Notes: generated by a model from the sequence alone, not told the origin. A DNA stretch of 64,000 nt from an uncultured Planctomycetia bacterium (GCA_964354545.1 CAYHAE010000001.1:364-64363); one strand, 5' to 3'. Counted from the first letter of the stretch, positions 10,692-20,554 are shown. Program-made: numbers and translations.

Positions 10692-11974
10692 TGGCGATGG
10701 GAAGGCCGATCGAACCAAGGAGTTGCGTGAGGGGAGAAGTCGTATTGCCGGGCGATAAATCCATTTCGCACCGCGCGATCATGGTAGGCGCGATCGCGCG
10801 GGGAAAGACCGCTGTGAAGAATTTGTTGGATTGCGATGACTGTAACTTCACCATCCAGGCATTCAAGGATATGGGGGTCCGCATCACCGCGCGTTCAGAT
10901 ACCACGTCGATATACGGCGTGGGCCTAAAGGGGTTGAAAAAGCCCGCGGGGCCGATCTACCTCGGAAGCTCCGGTACGAGCATGAGGATCCTTGCCGGGA
11001 TACTTGCGGGGCAGGACTTCGAGGCCTTACTGACGGGGGACAAGGGACTGCTCGCGCGGCCGATGAGGAGGATCGTTGAGCCGCTCAAGGCGATGGGCGT
11101 GGATGTGCGGGCAGAAGATAACGAGCACCCTCCGATCTTCATCAAGGGAGGAAGACCCTTCCCTGTATGCTATACGATGGAGATCCCGAGCGCGCAGGTA
11201 AAATCCGCGCTCCTCTTCGCCTCGCTGTATGCGCAGGGCCTCACCGTGATCAGGGAGAAGGCCCGCTCGAGAGACCACACGGAGCGGATGCTCGCGTTTT
11301 TCGGAGCGGACATAGAGGTGAAGGATAAGACTATCCGCGTGAAGGGCGGCAGGGAGCTTTCCGGGAAGGGCTTCGCCATCCCGGGGGACATCTCAAGCGC
11401 CTCTTTCTTCATGGCCGCCGCGATGATCATGCCCGGTTCCCGCATCACTCTGCGGTCTGTGTCCATCAACCCGACGCGCGCAGGGATACTCGGTGTATTG
11501 AAGAAGATGGGAGCGCGGGTGAAGATCTCCGCAAAGAAAGACCTCTTTGAGCCCGTGGGAGATATCAGGGTCGAATCGTCCAAGACCCGTGGCATTGCCG
11601 TAAGCGCACATGCGATACCCAAGGTCATCGACGAGATCCCGATACTCATGGTGATCGCGTCGCTGTCGAAAGGGAAGACCGTGATACGGGGGACCGGAGA
11701 GCTGAGGGTGAAGGAGACCGATCGGGTCGAGTCGATGGTGTCGAATTTAAGGAACATGGGAGCCGACATCGGCGTAGAAGGGGATACAATGGTAATACGC
11801 GGCGTAAAAGAGCTCCACGGATCAGAGCTCAAGAGTTACGGAGACCACAGGACCGCCATGGCGATGACGGTCGCGGCGCTCGCCGCAAAGGGGGCGAGCA
11901 CGCTCGACGACCCCGAGTGCGTCTCAAAGTCGTTCCCCCAGTTCTTCGACATGCTCGAACGGCTCACGTGCTGA
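10688..11974 (+). CDS. aroA: 3-phosphoshikimate 1-carboxyvinyltransferase (EPSP synthase).
   Basis: The sequence LPGDKSISHRAIMVGAIA...LGSSGTSMR is the EPSP synthase signature. The 428-aa length is typical. Confidence 0.9.
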   Translation: MMAMGRPIEPRSCVRGEVVLPGDKSISHRAIMVGAIARGKTAVKNLLDCDDCNFTIQAFKDMGVRITARSDTTSIYGVGLKGLKKPAGPIYLGSSGTSMRILAGILAGQDFEALLTGDKGLLARPMRRIVEPLKAMGVDVRAEDNEHPPIFIKGGRPFPVCYTMEIPSAQVKSALLFASLYAQGLTVIREKARSRDHTERMLAFFGADIEVKDKTIRVKGGRELSGKGFAIPGDISSASFFMAAAMIMPGSRITLRSVSINPTRAGILGVLKKMGARVKISAKKDLFEPVGDIRVESSKTRGIAVSAHAIPKVIDEIPILMVIASLSKGKTVIRGTGELRVKETDRVESMVSNLRNMGADIGVEGDTMVIRGVKELHGSELKSYGDHRTAMAMTVAALAAKGASTLDDPECVSKSFPQFFDMLERLTC

Positions 11975-12044
11975 TGGCGAGATGTGCGGCGCTGTCCCCG
12001 GGCGGCCTCAGCAGCGGTTTCGCGCATCGGCCTCCAAGATTTAA

Positions 12045-12073
12045 TTTGACAAACCATATACGATTTGTTAATA
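12045..12073 (+). promoter_or_regulatory. Sigma-70-type promoter for mreB. Layout: TTGACA, 17-nt spacer, TAATAT.
   Basis: The match is at 12045-12073, followed by an AAGGA ribosome-binding site and the ATG at 12095. Confidence 0.5.
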
Positions 12074-12094
12074 TGACACCACAAGGAACGAATC

Positions 12095-13171
12095 ATGATA
12101 TTGAAATCCCTCTTAGGGGCCGGACATAAGCTCATCAACAACGTCCTGGGTCTTTTTGCAAATGATATGGGGATAGACCTCGGCACCGCGACGACGCTTG
12201 TCTACGTGAAGAACCAGGGCATCGTGATGTGCGAGCCGTCGGTAGTGGCGGTTCAGGCGGGGACCACGAACGTGCTCGCCGTGGGGGAAGAGGCCAAGCG
12301 CATGCTCGGCAGGACGCCGGGGAACATCGTGGCCATACGGCCGATGAGACACGGAGTGATCGCAGATTTTGAAATTACCGAATCGATGCTCCGTTATTTT
12401 ATAAGGAAGGTCAATCAGTCAAAGGCCCTCTTCATGAGGCCGCGGATCGTGATCGCGATACCTTCGGGGATCACCGAGGTCGAAAAGAGGGCGGTGAAGG
12501 ACTCGGCCCTTCACGCAGGCGCGAGAGAAGTGTATATGATAGAAGAACCGATGGCGGCGGCGATCGGGGTGGGGCTGCCGATCCAGGAGCCGTCGGGGAA
12601 CATGATAATCGATGTGGGGGGCGGGACAACGGAGATGGCGGTCATATCGCTCGCAGGTATCGTCTTTTCCAAATCCATCAGGATAGGCGGGGACGAGATG
12701 GACGAGGCGATCATCGATTATCTCAAGAAGAACTACAACCTGATGATCGGCGAGAGGACGGCCGAGGACATAAAGATAAAGATAGGGTCAGCATACCCCT
12801 TGGAGCAGGAGCTCTCCATGGAGGTGAAGGGCCGCGACCTCGTTGCGGGTCTTCCGAAGAGCGTCACGGTGACGAGCGAAGAAGTAAGGGAGGCGCTCGC
12901 GGAACCCATCGCACAGATAGTGGAGGCCGTGAGGATCACGCTGGAGCGGACGCCCGCCGAGCTCTCGGCGGATCTGATCGAGAAGGGCATCGTGATGGCC
13001 GGAGGCGGATCCCTCTTGAGGGGGCTCGATAGGCTCATATCGGAGGAGACAGGGCTTCCCGTTCACCTCGCTGAAGACCCTATGACTGCGGTTGCGCTGG
13101 GCACCGGGAAGGTATTGAGCGAGATAAAATATCTCAGGCGTGTCACTATCATGCCTAAGCTGGAACGCTAA
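12095..13171 (+). CDS. mreB: Rod shape-determining protein MreB.
   Basis: Actin-fold motifs [13 protein letters not shown] and [11 protein letters not shown]. The gene order mreB-mreC-mreD-mrdA-rodA supports the call. Confidence 0.9.
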   Translation: MILKSLLGAGHKLINNVLGLFANDMGIDLGTATTLVYVKNQGIVMCEPSVVAVQAGTTNVLAVGEEAKRMLGRTPGNIVAIRPMRHGVIADFEITESMLRYFIRKVNQSKALFMRPRIVIAIPSGITEVEKRAVKDSALHAGAREVYMIEEPMAAAIGVGLPIQEPSGNMIIDVGGGTTEMAVISLAGIVFSKSIRIGGDEMDEAIIDYLKKNYNLMIGERTAEDIKIKIGSAYPLEQELSMEVKGRDLVAGLPKSVTVTSEEVREALAEPIAQIVEAVRITLERTPAELSADLIEKGIVMAGGGSLLRGLDRLISEETGLPVHLAEDPMTAVALGTGKVLSEIKYLRRVTIMPKLER

Positions 13172-13970
13172 CGAAACGGAAAGCCGCTCAGATGTGTACG
13201 TCCCTAGAATAAGGATACTCTCGCTTTTCATTTTGGGCCTCGTTTTTCTCCTCATCATTACAAAACCCACCATGCTCACGACGCAGAGGATCGCATTCGT
13301 TGACCTCACGCGTCCCCTGCTGAAGGCCCTGAAGGACGGCTCCTTCCATGTGAGAAGGCTCATCCCGTTCGCCTCTTACAGGGACGAGATCACACGCTTG
13401 AATTCCACAATAGATATGATGGAGCAGGAGGTCCTCCGGCTCAAGGCGATCGAGGCAGAGAACGAGCGCTTGAGGAACGTGCTCCAATTCAAAAAGCAGC
13501 TCCCGTTCGCGACCGTGCCCGCACAGGTCATCGGCAGAGACCCTTCCAACTGGTCGAATTCCGTGATCATAGATAAGGGCCGCGGGGATTCGGTGAGGCC
13601 GAATATGGCGGTCATTTCCACAAAGGGCCTCGTAGGGAGGGTGATCGAAGCGGGTAGAAGATCGAGCAAGGTCCTGCTCATCACGGATACGAATTCTAAG
13701 GTCGGGGCGATACTGGAGAAGGATAGGCAGGGCGGGATCGTTGTCGGCAGGCCTGACGGAACGTGTAAGATGATATATATCTCCCTTGATACCGACGTGA
13801 CCGTCGGAGAAAAGGTGTTCACTGCCGGCTACGGTGCGATATTCCCCAAAGGGCTCTTGATAGGAGAGGTCATAGGCTCCGGCAAGGAGCCCGGGAGGCT
13901 CTATAGGTATGCCATTGTCAAGACCTCCCAGGACCTCTCGAAGATAGAGGAGGTCCTGTGTATACGGTGA
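13140..13970 (+). CDS. mreC: Rod shape-determining protein MreC.
   Basis: N-terminal TM segment, a coiled coil and the C-terminal MreC beta domain. The real start may be the in-frame GTG near 13194, which has an upstream GGAAAG. Confidence 0.8.
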   Translation: MSLSCLSWNANETESRSDVYVPRIRILSLFILGLVFLLIITKPTMLTTQRIAFVDLTRPLLKALKDGSFHVRRLIPFASYRDEITRLNSTIDMMEQEVLRLKAIEAENERLRNVLQFKKQLPFATVPAQVIGRDPSNWSNSVIIDKGRGDSVRPNMAVISTKGLVGRVIEAGRRSSKVLLITDTNSKVGAILEKDRQGGIVVGRPDGTCKMIYISLDTDVTVGEKVFTAGYGAIFPKGLLIGEVIGSGKEPGRLYRYAIVKTSQDLSKIEEVLCIR

Positions 13971-14494
13971 GCCGGCTGAAGATGTACAGCCTCATCGCTC
14001 TCGCAGCGGTCCTCCAGATCACGGTCCTCGGGCGGCTCGAGTTCCTCCACGCTGTGCCGGATATCGTCTTTTCTTTCGTCGTCTTTTTTGGGCTCTTCGG
14101 GACGAAGAAGGTCGCGCTCGAGGCGGGCATATTCGCGGGGCTCCTCAAAGACCTCTTCTCGCTCAATGTGTGCGGCCTCAACATACTTGTCCTTTCTTCC
14201 GTGAGCATTCTCATCAACAGGGTCGCCCCCCGTTTCTACAGGGAATCGAGGTTCACCCAGGGTTTTTTGACGGCCGCGTTCTACATGTTCTCCGGAAGCA
14301 TGTACTACATGCTCACCGTTTTGGCGGGCGGAGCGGGCGGAAGGTCTGTTGTCGCGAGGGATTGTCTCCCTTCGTTTCTCGACCTCCTCGCATCATCCAT
14401 CGTTCCGGGAGCTCTCTATGCGAGCCTCGCCTCGATCGTCGTGTGCGGGACCTTGATGGAGTGGCATAAGGCGAGGGAGCGGTTTCTCTTCTAA
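13958..14494 (+). CDS. mreD: Rod shape-determining protein MreD.
   Basis: A 178-aa polytopic membrane protein in the conserved position after mreC. Confidence 0.7.
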   Translation: MYTVSRLKMYSLIALAAVLQITVLGRLEFLHAVPDIVFSFVVFFGLFGTKKVALEAGIFAGLLKDLFSLNVCGLNILVLSSVSILINRVAPRFYRESRFTQGFLTAAFYMFSGSMYYMLTVLAGGAGGRSVVARDCLPSFLDLLASSIVPGALYASLASIVVCGTLMEWHKARERFLF

Positions 14495-14540
14495 CGCTGC
14501 CAGGTGTAGTCGGAATCCGAGCAGGCAAACCGAGGGACGC

Positions 14541-16301
14541 ATGAGACAGGAGGCACTCACGCTTTTCATCACCATACTGTTCGTCTTTCTTCTGCTGGGC
14601 CTCATCTATGCTCAGGTGCTGAACCACGACGCCTACTACGCTCAATCGCAAAATAATTTCATAAGGATAGTTCCCATCGACGGCCCGCGCGGGAAGATCT
14701 TTGACAGGAACGGCCGCATCATGGTGAACAACAGGCTCTCCCTCGACGTATCGTGCATCTATCAGGAGATAGGCCGCAAGGACCTGTTCATCAAGACGCT
14801 GGGTACGGTGCTTGGTACATCGCCAAGAGGCGTCATTCGGTGTCTGGAAAAGGCGAGCGAAAGGCCCTTTGCCCCCGTGACGCTGCAGGAGGATGTCGAG
14901 AAGGAGCGGGCGATAAGCCTGGAGGAACTCGAACCGGGCGTGCGGGGAGCGGTGATCGAGCCGAAATCAAAGAGGGATTACGTCTACGGATCCGCAGCGG
15001 GGCACATATGCGGATACCTTGGGGAAGTAAATGAAGAAGAGCTCGACCGGCTCAGGGGCTACGGGTACAGGATGCGGGACCTCATAGGCAGGAGCGGCCT
15101 GGAGAAATATTACAATAATTATCTCACGGGTATCGACGGGGGCGAGCAGATAGAAGTAGACGCGAGGGGGAGGCGCGTGAGCCTCCTCGGCCTCAAGGAG
15201 CCAAAGGCGGGGAAAGACCTATGGCTTACCATCGATGCCCGGCTCCAGCAGCTCGCACAGAATCTCCTCGAAGGGAAGACGGGGGCGATCGTGCTGATGG
15301 ACCCGAGGAACGGCGAGGTCCTCGCGCTCGCGAGCAGTCCCGCCTACGATCCCAACACATTTGTGAGGCCGAGAGAATTTGCGGAGCGCATGAGGCTGGT
15401 TGAGGACAGGTCCAAGCCGTTCTTGAACAGGGCGATAGGCGGTGTCTACGCGCCGGGTTCGGTATTCAAGATAGTGACCGCATGCGGAGCGCTCGAAACG
15501 AAAAAGATCTCACGGTATACCCGTTTCACCTGCACAGGAACGTATAAGCTCGGCGGCACTACGTTTCACTGTTGGAAAGAGGGCGGCCATGGGCCCCAGG
15601 ACATCATTGACGCGATCAAAAATTCCTGCAATGTGTTTTTCTATACGGCCGGCAAGAGCCTTGGCGTTGACGCGCTGGAGTCGTACGCGCTGCGGTTCGG
15701 TTTCGGCAAACCAACGGGAATAGACCTGCCTGAGGAGGCCTCCGGCCTTGTCCCCGGCAGGCTGTGGAAGATGCTCGCCAAGAAAGAGGCATGGTACGAT
15801 GGGGAGACGGTCAACTTGGCAATAGGGCAGGGATATCTCATGGTGACGCCGCTCCAGGTGCTCAGGATGACGGCGTGCATCGCGAACGGCGGGAAACTCG
15901 TCCGCCCCTTCATGGTGAAACGCATCGGCCCTGTAGAGGTGGGCAGCTCGCGGCTTCAAGACCTTGGGTTGTCGGCCGAGACCGTAAGGATCATAAAAGA
16001 AGGGATGCTCAAGGTCGTGAACGACGATTCCGGCACGGGCAGGCGCGCGAAAGTGGACGGTCTCGTAATAGGAGGGAAGACGGGAACGGCCCAGAATCCC
16101 CAGGGCGTGCCCCATGCGTGGTTCATCGGGTTTGCCCCAGCGGAAAACCCTTCGTTATCGGTCGTGGTCATGGTCGAGCACGGAGGGAGGGGCGGGTATG
16201 AACCCGCGGAGATCGCCCACGATATATTCAAGGCTGCGCGCGAGATGGGCTATCTGCCCGCTTCAGGTAAGGCAGTATCGGACGTCGCATCGCAGAGGTA
16301 A
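14541..16301 (+). CDS. mrdA: Penicillin-binding protein 2 (peptidoglycan D,D-transpeptidase MrdA).
   Basis: N-terminal TM segment, the PBP dimerisation domain, and transpeptidase motifs SVFK, SCN and KTGTA. Confidence 0.9.
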   Translation: MRQEALTLFITILFVFLLLGLIYAQVLNHDAYYAQSQNNFIRIVPIDGPRGKIFDRNGRIMVNNRLSLDVSCIYQEIGRKDLFIKTLGTVLGTSPRGVIRCLEKASERPFAPVTLQEDVEKERAISLEELEPGVRGAVIEPKSKRDYVYGSAAGHICGYLGEVNEEELDRLRGYGYRMRDLIGRSGLEKYYNNYLTGIDGGEQIEVDARGRRVSLLGLKEPKAGKDLWLTIDARLQQLAQNLLEGKTGAIVLMDPRNGEVLALASSPAYDPNTFVRPREFAERMRLVEDRSKPFLNRAIGGVYAPGSVFKIVTACGALETKKISRYTRFTCTGTYKLGGTTFHCWKEGGHGPQDIIDAIKNSCNVFFYTAGKSLGVDALESYALRFGFGKPTGIDLPEEASGLVPGRLWKMLAKKEAWYDGETVNLAIGQGYLMVTPLQVLRMTACIANGGKLVRPFMVKRIGPVEVGSSRLQDLGLSAETVRIIKEGMLKVVNDDSGTGRRAKVDGLVIGGKTGTAQNPQGVPHAWFIGFAPAENPSLSVVVMVEHGGRGGYEPAEIAHDIFKAAREMGYLPASGKAVSDVASQR

Positions 16302-16813
16302 ATAACGAGGCTCCTATCCGCCTCATGTAAAGCTGTATCGGATGTCGCATCGAAAAGGTAAATAACAAGGCTCCTATCCGCCTCATGTAAAGCTGTATCG
16401 GATGTCGCATTGCGGAGGTAACGCGCGAGGCTCCAGTCCCGACACCAGTGGAAAGCGAAGCGATCCCCGAAATCTTTCAGATTTCAGGGGAGACGTCGCA
16501 TCTCCCTCGACTTCGCTCGGGATGGTTCGTCCCTCGATATAACTCGGGATCGAATCCTGAGCCTGTCGAAGGATTCGAGGGATGGTGAGCAAAGTCGAAC
16601 CAGCAGAGGCAAAGAGCGAGGCTCCTATCCGCCTCCGGCAAAGCTCCATCGGATGTCGCATAGCAGAGGTAAATAACAAGGCTCCTATCCGCCTCATGTA
16701 AAGCTGTATCGGATGTCGCATTGCGGAGGTAACGCGCGAGGCTCCTATCCCGACCCCAGAGGAGTGGCGAAGCGGGATGTCGCATCGCAGAGGCAAAGAG
16801 CGAGGCTCCTATG
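16262..16813. repeat. Tandem array of about five or six degenerate 60-bp units. It runs from the last codons of mrdA to the rodA start codon and is interrupted by a 170-bp structured insert.
   Basis: The unit GTAAATAACGAGGCTCCTATCCGCCTCATGTAAAGCTGTATCGGATGTCGCATCG[CA/AA]GAG appears adjacent at 16300 and 16360, and again at 16610-16800. The copies are all variants of the ancestral mrdA-stop/rodA-RBS junction. Confidence 0.8.
16437..16612. repeat. Hairpin-rich insert (element A) that carries the 27-nt core CCCGAAATCTTTCAGATTTCAGGGGAG.
   Basis: It interrupts one 60-bp unit. Compare the intact unit at 16720-16790. The core at about 16466-16492 is identical to 29608-29634. Confidence 0.5.
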
Positions 16814-17908
16814 ATACGAAGGGAATTGTTGAGGGATTTCGACGCGACGTTATTGCTTGCGGCGCTCTTGATATTTATGACGGGCCTTGTCTTTCTGTCA
16901 AGCGCCACATCGACGAGGTACCAGGAGCTGAACCTCGCGTTTGTGTCACGGCAGGTCACATTTGCGATATGTGCGCTCGTCGTCATGCTCGTTGTCGTCA
17001 ACGTCAATTATCAGAGGTTCATAGATATCGCATGGGTCTTCTACCTCATCAACATCGCGGCGCTTGTTGTCTTGATGTTCGTCGGGCACTCGAGGCTCGG
17101 CGCGCAGAGGTGGTTCGAGGTCGGTTCATTCACGGTACAGCCGTCCGAGTTCATCAAGCTCACGCTCATTATCGTCCTTGCATCGTACATTAACGGAAAG
17201 AAAGGGCAGCTGGGCAGAGTGGAAAATCTGGTCATACCCTTTCTCCTCTTCCTCGTCCCGTTCGCATTGGTGGTCCTGCAGCCGGACCTCGGAACGGCAC
17301 TCCTCCTCGTCCCCATCCTCTTTGCGATGCTCTACGTCGGAGGCGCACGCGGGAAGCACCTCGCCTTCGCAGGAGGAATCGGGCTTCTCTGCATGCCCGT
17401 CTTCTGGCATTTTCTGAGGGACTACCAGAAACAGAGGCTCCTGGTCTTCATCAATCCAAATATAGATCCCCTCGGCGCGGGTTACACAATAATCCAGTCA
17501 AAGATCGCGGTGGGGTCGGGAGGGTTATTCGGAAAGGGGTGGCTTGCGGGGACGCAGAACCAGCTCAATTTCCTGCCCGAGAGGCACACGGACTTCATAT
17601 TCTCAGTCGTCGGCGAGGAGTGGGGTTTTTTCGGCAGCGCACTTCTCGTCCTTATGTACTACTTTCTCATACGGAGGATATTTCGCATTGCGTGCCTCAC
17701 GAGCGATTTGAGCGGGGCATTGATCGCATCAGGCATAGGTATCCTCCTCGCCCTTCAGGTAGCGATAAACATCGGCATGACGATCGGCCTCATGCCGGTG
17801 GTGGGGATACCGCTCGTGCTCGTGAGCTATGGCGGCTCAAGCCTACTCACGACGTTCGCGGCGATAGGGCTCGTCCTCAACGTGGGCATGAGGCGTTCGA
17901 CGTTTTGA
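16811..17908 (+). CDS. rodA: Rod shape-determining protein RodA (SEDS family).
   Basis: A 10-TM FtsW/RodA/SpoVE-family protein immediately after mrdA. Confidence 0.9.
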   Translation: MIRRELLRDFDATLLLAALLIFMTGLVFLSSATSTRYQELNLAFVSRQVTFAICALVVMLVVVNVNYQRFIDIAWVFYLINIAALVVLMFVGHSRLGAQRWFEVGSFTVQPSEFIKLTLIIVLASYINGKKGQLGRVENLVIPFLLFLVPFALVVLQPDLGTALLLVPILFAMLYVGGARGKHLAFAGGIGLLCMPVFWHFLRDYQKQRLLVFINPNIDPLGAGYTIIQSKIAVGSGGLFGKGWLAGTQNQLNFLPERHTDFIFSVVGEEWGFFGSALLVLMYYFLIRRIFRIACLTSDLSGALIASGIGILLALQVAINIGMTIGLMPVVGIPLVLVSYGGSSLLTTFAAIGLVLNVGMRRSTF

Positions 17909-18357
17909 TGCATAAGTTTTCAGCAACTCTACGGCGTTTACTTTTGTGGTCGCCTCCGCTTGCCGCTCGCTCGGATTCGGCATCCTCGCTCGCTGTGACT
18001 AAAATTTCGATGACTGAATCGCCATAAGGTATCGAAATTTTAGACAGTCGCTCCGGCGACGCACAAAAGTTCCGCCGCTGCGAGAAATGAAAGATACACG
18101 GGAGTGCATGCATGTAATAAAAGGGGCGCGATATTTATTCACCTATAATCACACGCTCAACGCGTAAAGCAGACGGGTGACCAAAAAACGATGCATCGCG
18201 TACAAAATTTTCGACCCATCTCTTGAAACAAATTTTGCACACTGCCCTATAGAGGCAGAGATCATTATCTTTACGTCGAACCCCGAGAGGGGAGATTGAG
18301 AGCGGCAGGACCCGAAAAATTTTTGTATCAGCACACGTCATATAGGTCAAAAAAGAG

Positions 18358-20124
18358 ATGAACGAGAAAATCCTTGAACTGCTACGACATGTTCAAAAGC
18401 CGGGGAGATATATCGGCGAAGAGCATAATGCGGTAAGGAAAGACTGGGCCGGGCCCTATCTTCGCGTCCTCCTGGCTTTTCCCGACATATACGAGGTGGG
18501 GATGAGCTATCTCGGTATGAGGATCCTCTATGGGCTTTTGAATGAGAGGAGCGATGTCCTCTGCGAGAGGGTATTTTCACCGTGGCCCGATATGGAGAAG
18601 CAGTTGAGGGATAACGGGCTTTCGCTTTTCAGCCTCGAATCGAAGAGGCCGATCCGGGAATTTGGGATCATCGGATTCAGTCTCGCGTATGAACTGAATT
18701 ATACCAACGTCCTGAACATCTTGGACCTGGGGCGCATCCCCATGAGATCGCTGGATAGGAGCGATGAGGACCCCCTCGTGATAGCAGGGGGTCCCTCGTG
18801 TTATAATCCGGAGCCGATGGCGGATTTCATCGATGCATTTGTAATAGGAGACGGAGAGGAAGCGATCATCGATGTCGTGGAGGCGTGCAAAGATTTTTTT
18901 GATGACGGGCTGAAGAAGATACGCAACAGGGGAGCGCTCCTGAGGAAGCTCGCGACCTTGGAAGGGGTTTACGTACCGCGCCTCTACGACGTTGGCTACA
19001 ACGGTGACGGGACGGTCCGCGTGTTCACGCCCCTCGAAGGAGCGCCGCCGAAGGTCAGAAAGAGGGCCGTGAAGGATTTAGACGCCGCCTACTATCCTGT
19101 CTCGCAGGTCGTGCCCTACATACAGATCGTACACGACAGGATCATGCTGGAGATAATGCGCGGGTGCGCCCACCTGTGCAAGTTCTGCGAGGCAGGCGCG
19201 ACGTGCCTGCCCAGGCGGGAGCGGTCCACGGAGAAGATCGTTGAGCTTGCCATGAGCGCTTACCGCAACACGGGGTACGAAGAGGTATCTCTCATTTCGC
19301 TCTCGAGCGGCGATCATTCCAGGATACGGGAGATATGCAGGGCCCTCCATGATATCTTCAAGGACAAGGGGGTATCGATCTCCATGCCGTCTCTCAGGAT
19401 CGAGGTGATGACCGAAGAGCTTCCCCAGCTCATTCGCGAGGTGAGAAAGGCAGGCATTACCCTCGCGCCGGAATCCGGAAGCGAGCGGCTGCGAAACGCG
19501 ATCGGAAAGACGATCGCCATTGAGAAATTGTCCTCGACGGTCCTCGAGGCGTACAGATTGGGTTGGGACAGGATCAAGCTCTACTTCATGATAGGACTTC
19601 CGACGGAACGCGACGAGGACCTGCTCTCGACGGTTGACCTCATGGACGAACTGTCGGACGCGCGCAGGGCCCTCGGGAAGGGCCCCGGCCAGATCATCGC
19701 TTCCATCGCGCCCTTCGTGCCAAAGCCGCACACGCCCTTTCAATGGTGGGCGATGGAACCGCAGGCGTCGCTCGATGCGCGGCAGGCTTTTTTGAGAACG
19801 CACGTCCTCCACAGGAGCCGGAACCGGAAGAAGGTGAAGCTGGACTTTCACGATCTCGAGAAGAGCATCCTGGAAGGGGTTTTTTCCAGGGGTGACAGGA
19901 GACTCGGACGGGTGATCGAGAACGCGTACGAATGCGGTGCGCGGCTCGACAGTTGGGGAGAGTTCTTCGAGATCGGCCTGTGGCGCAGGGCGTTTGAGGC
20001 GTGCGGCCTGAACCCTGAATTCTACGTCAATAGGGCGCGGCCATACGAAGAGCTGCTGCCGTGGGATTTTATCGATGTGGGCATTCCAAAGGAAGTTCTT
20101 TTGAAGCGGGCTCAGGAGCAGTGA
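18358..20124 (+). CDS. Radical SAM protein of the TIGR03960 type, with an N-terminal B12-binding-like domain.
   Basis: Radical SAM core with the CAHLCKFCEAG cluster motif (CxxxCxxC). The length and N-terminus (PDIYEVGMSYLGMRILY) match the conserved family that normally partners DUF2344. Confidence 0.85.
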   Translation: MNEKILELLRHVQKPGRYIGEEHNAVRKDWAGPYLRVLLAFPDIYEVGMSYLGMRILYGLLNERSDVLCERVFSPWPDMEKQLRDNGLSLFSLESKRPIREFGIIGFSLAYELNYTNVLNILDLGRIPMRSLDRSDEDPLVIAGGPSCYNPEPMADFIDAFVIGDGEEAIIDVVEACKDFFDDGLKKIRNRGALLRKLATLEGVYVPRLYDVGYNGDGTVRVFTPLEGAPPKVRKRAVKDLDAAYYPVSQVVPYIQIVHDRIMLEIMRGCAHLCKFCEAGATCLPRRERSTEKIVELAMSAYRNTGYEEVSLISLSSGDHSRIREICRALHDIFKDKGVSISMPSLRIEVMTEELPQLIREVRKAGITLAPESGSERLRNAIGKTIAIEKLSSTVLEAYRLGWDRIKLYFMIGLPTERDEDLLSTVDLMDELSDARRALGKGPGQIIASIAPFVPKPHTPFQWWAMEPQASLDARQAFLRTHVLHRSRNRKKVKLDFHDLEKSILEGVFSRGDRRLGRVIENAYECGARLDSWGEFFEIGLWRRAFEACGLNPEFYVNRARPYEELLPWDFIDVGIPKEVLLKRAQEQ

Positions 20125-20193
20125 TCGCCTTATGTAATGATTTGCACCTAATAACGATATAAGATATATGCAATTTCGTTCGTTCAGCGTATT

Positions 20194-20494
20194 TTAGTGA
20201 ATGGTGAATAGTGAATAGGCCACCTTATCCGCCTTCGCAGAAGACCACGGATGTCAACCCGTGGATGAATGCGACCAGATGCTTCGGCGGTCGCCACCAA
20301 GGCTTCGGCGACCGTCCGCCGACGATTCAGTGGCGGACGGATGTCACACCTGACGTGCAGGCGGATACCCCCACCGCCTAGATTTACGAAGTAAATCTGG
20401 TGGGGGTAAAGAAAGGGACCACGGGCGTAAGCCCGTGGGGTTCCATTGGCCATATCGCAAAATTATTCACTAATAACCATTCACTATTCACTAA
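20194..20494. repeat. About 300-bp element with imperfect terminal inverted repeats (left TTAGTGAATGGTGAATAGTGAATAGGCCA, right TGGCCATATCGC...CCATTCACTATTCACTAA). The interior is a string of GC-rich hairpins.
   Basis: The ends are mutual reverse complements. Internal stems include CCACGG/CCGTGG, GTCGCC/GGCGAC, CGTCCGCC/GGCGGACG, CCCCCACC/GGTGGGGG and a GTAA tetraloop hairpin CACGGGC-GTAA-GCCCGTG. Confidence 0.5.
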
Positions 20495-20524
20495 TAATCA
20501 AGGATAGCCAAATTCCAAGCTTGT

Positions 20525-20554
20525 TTGACAAATGCATGTATCTTGAGGTATACT
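20525..20554 (+). promoter_or_regulatory. Sigma-70-type promoter of the GGDEF gene. Layout: TTGACA, 18-nt spacer, TATACT.
   Basis: It sits about 40 nt upstream of the RBS (GGGAGGAG) and the ATG at 20595. It shares the block TTGACAAATG...GGTATACTT with the pilin promoter at 28519. Confidence 0.45.

Noticed and set aside
16535-16565. tRNA, suggested by a GGGATCGAATCC T-loop-like motif.
   Set aside because: No acceptor or anticodon stems can be built around it. It lies inside the hairpin-rich element A.
16262-16813. CRISPR array, suggested by regularly spaced repeats of about 60 bp.
   Set aside because: The units are directly adjacent with no unique spacers. They derive from the mrdA 3' end and the rodA RBS. 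There are no cas genes in the window.
20194-20494. GEMM-type c-di-GMP riboswitch upstream of the GGDEF gene.
   Set aside because: The element lies upstream of the predicted promoter. The GNRA hairpin and surrounding sequence do not fit the ACGCAAAGC-centred consensus as far as I can judge by eye. It is kept as an unclassified structured element.
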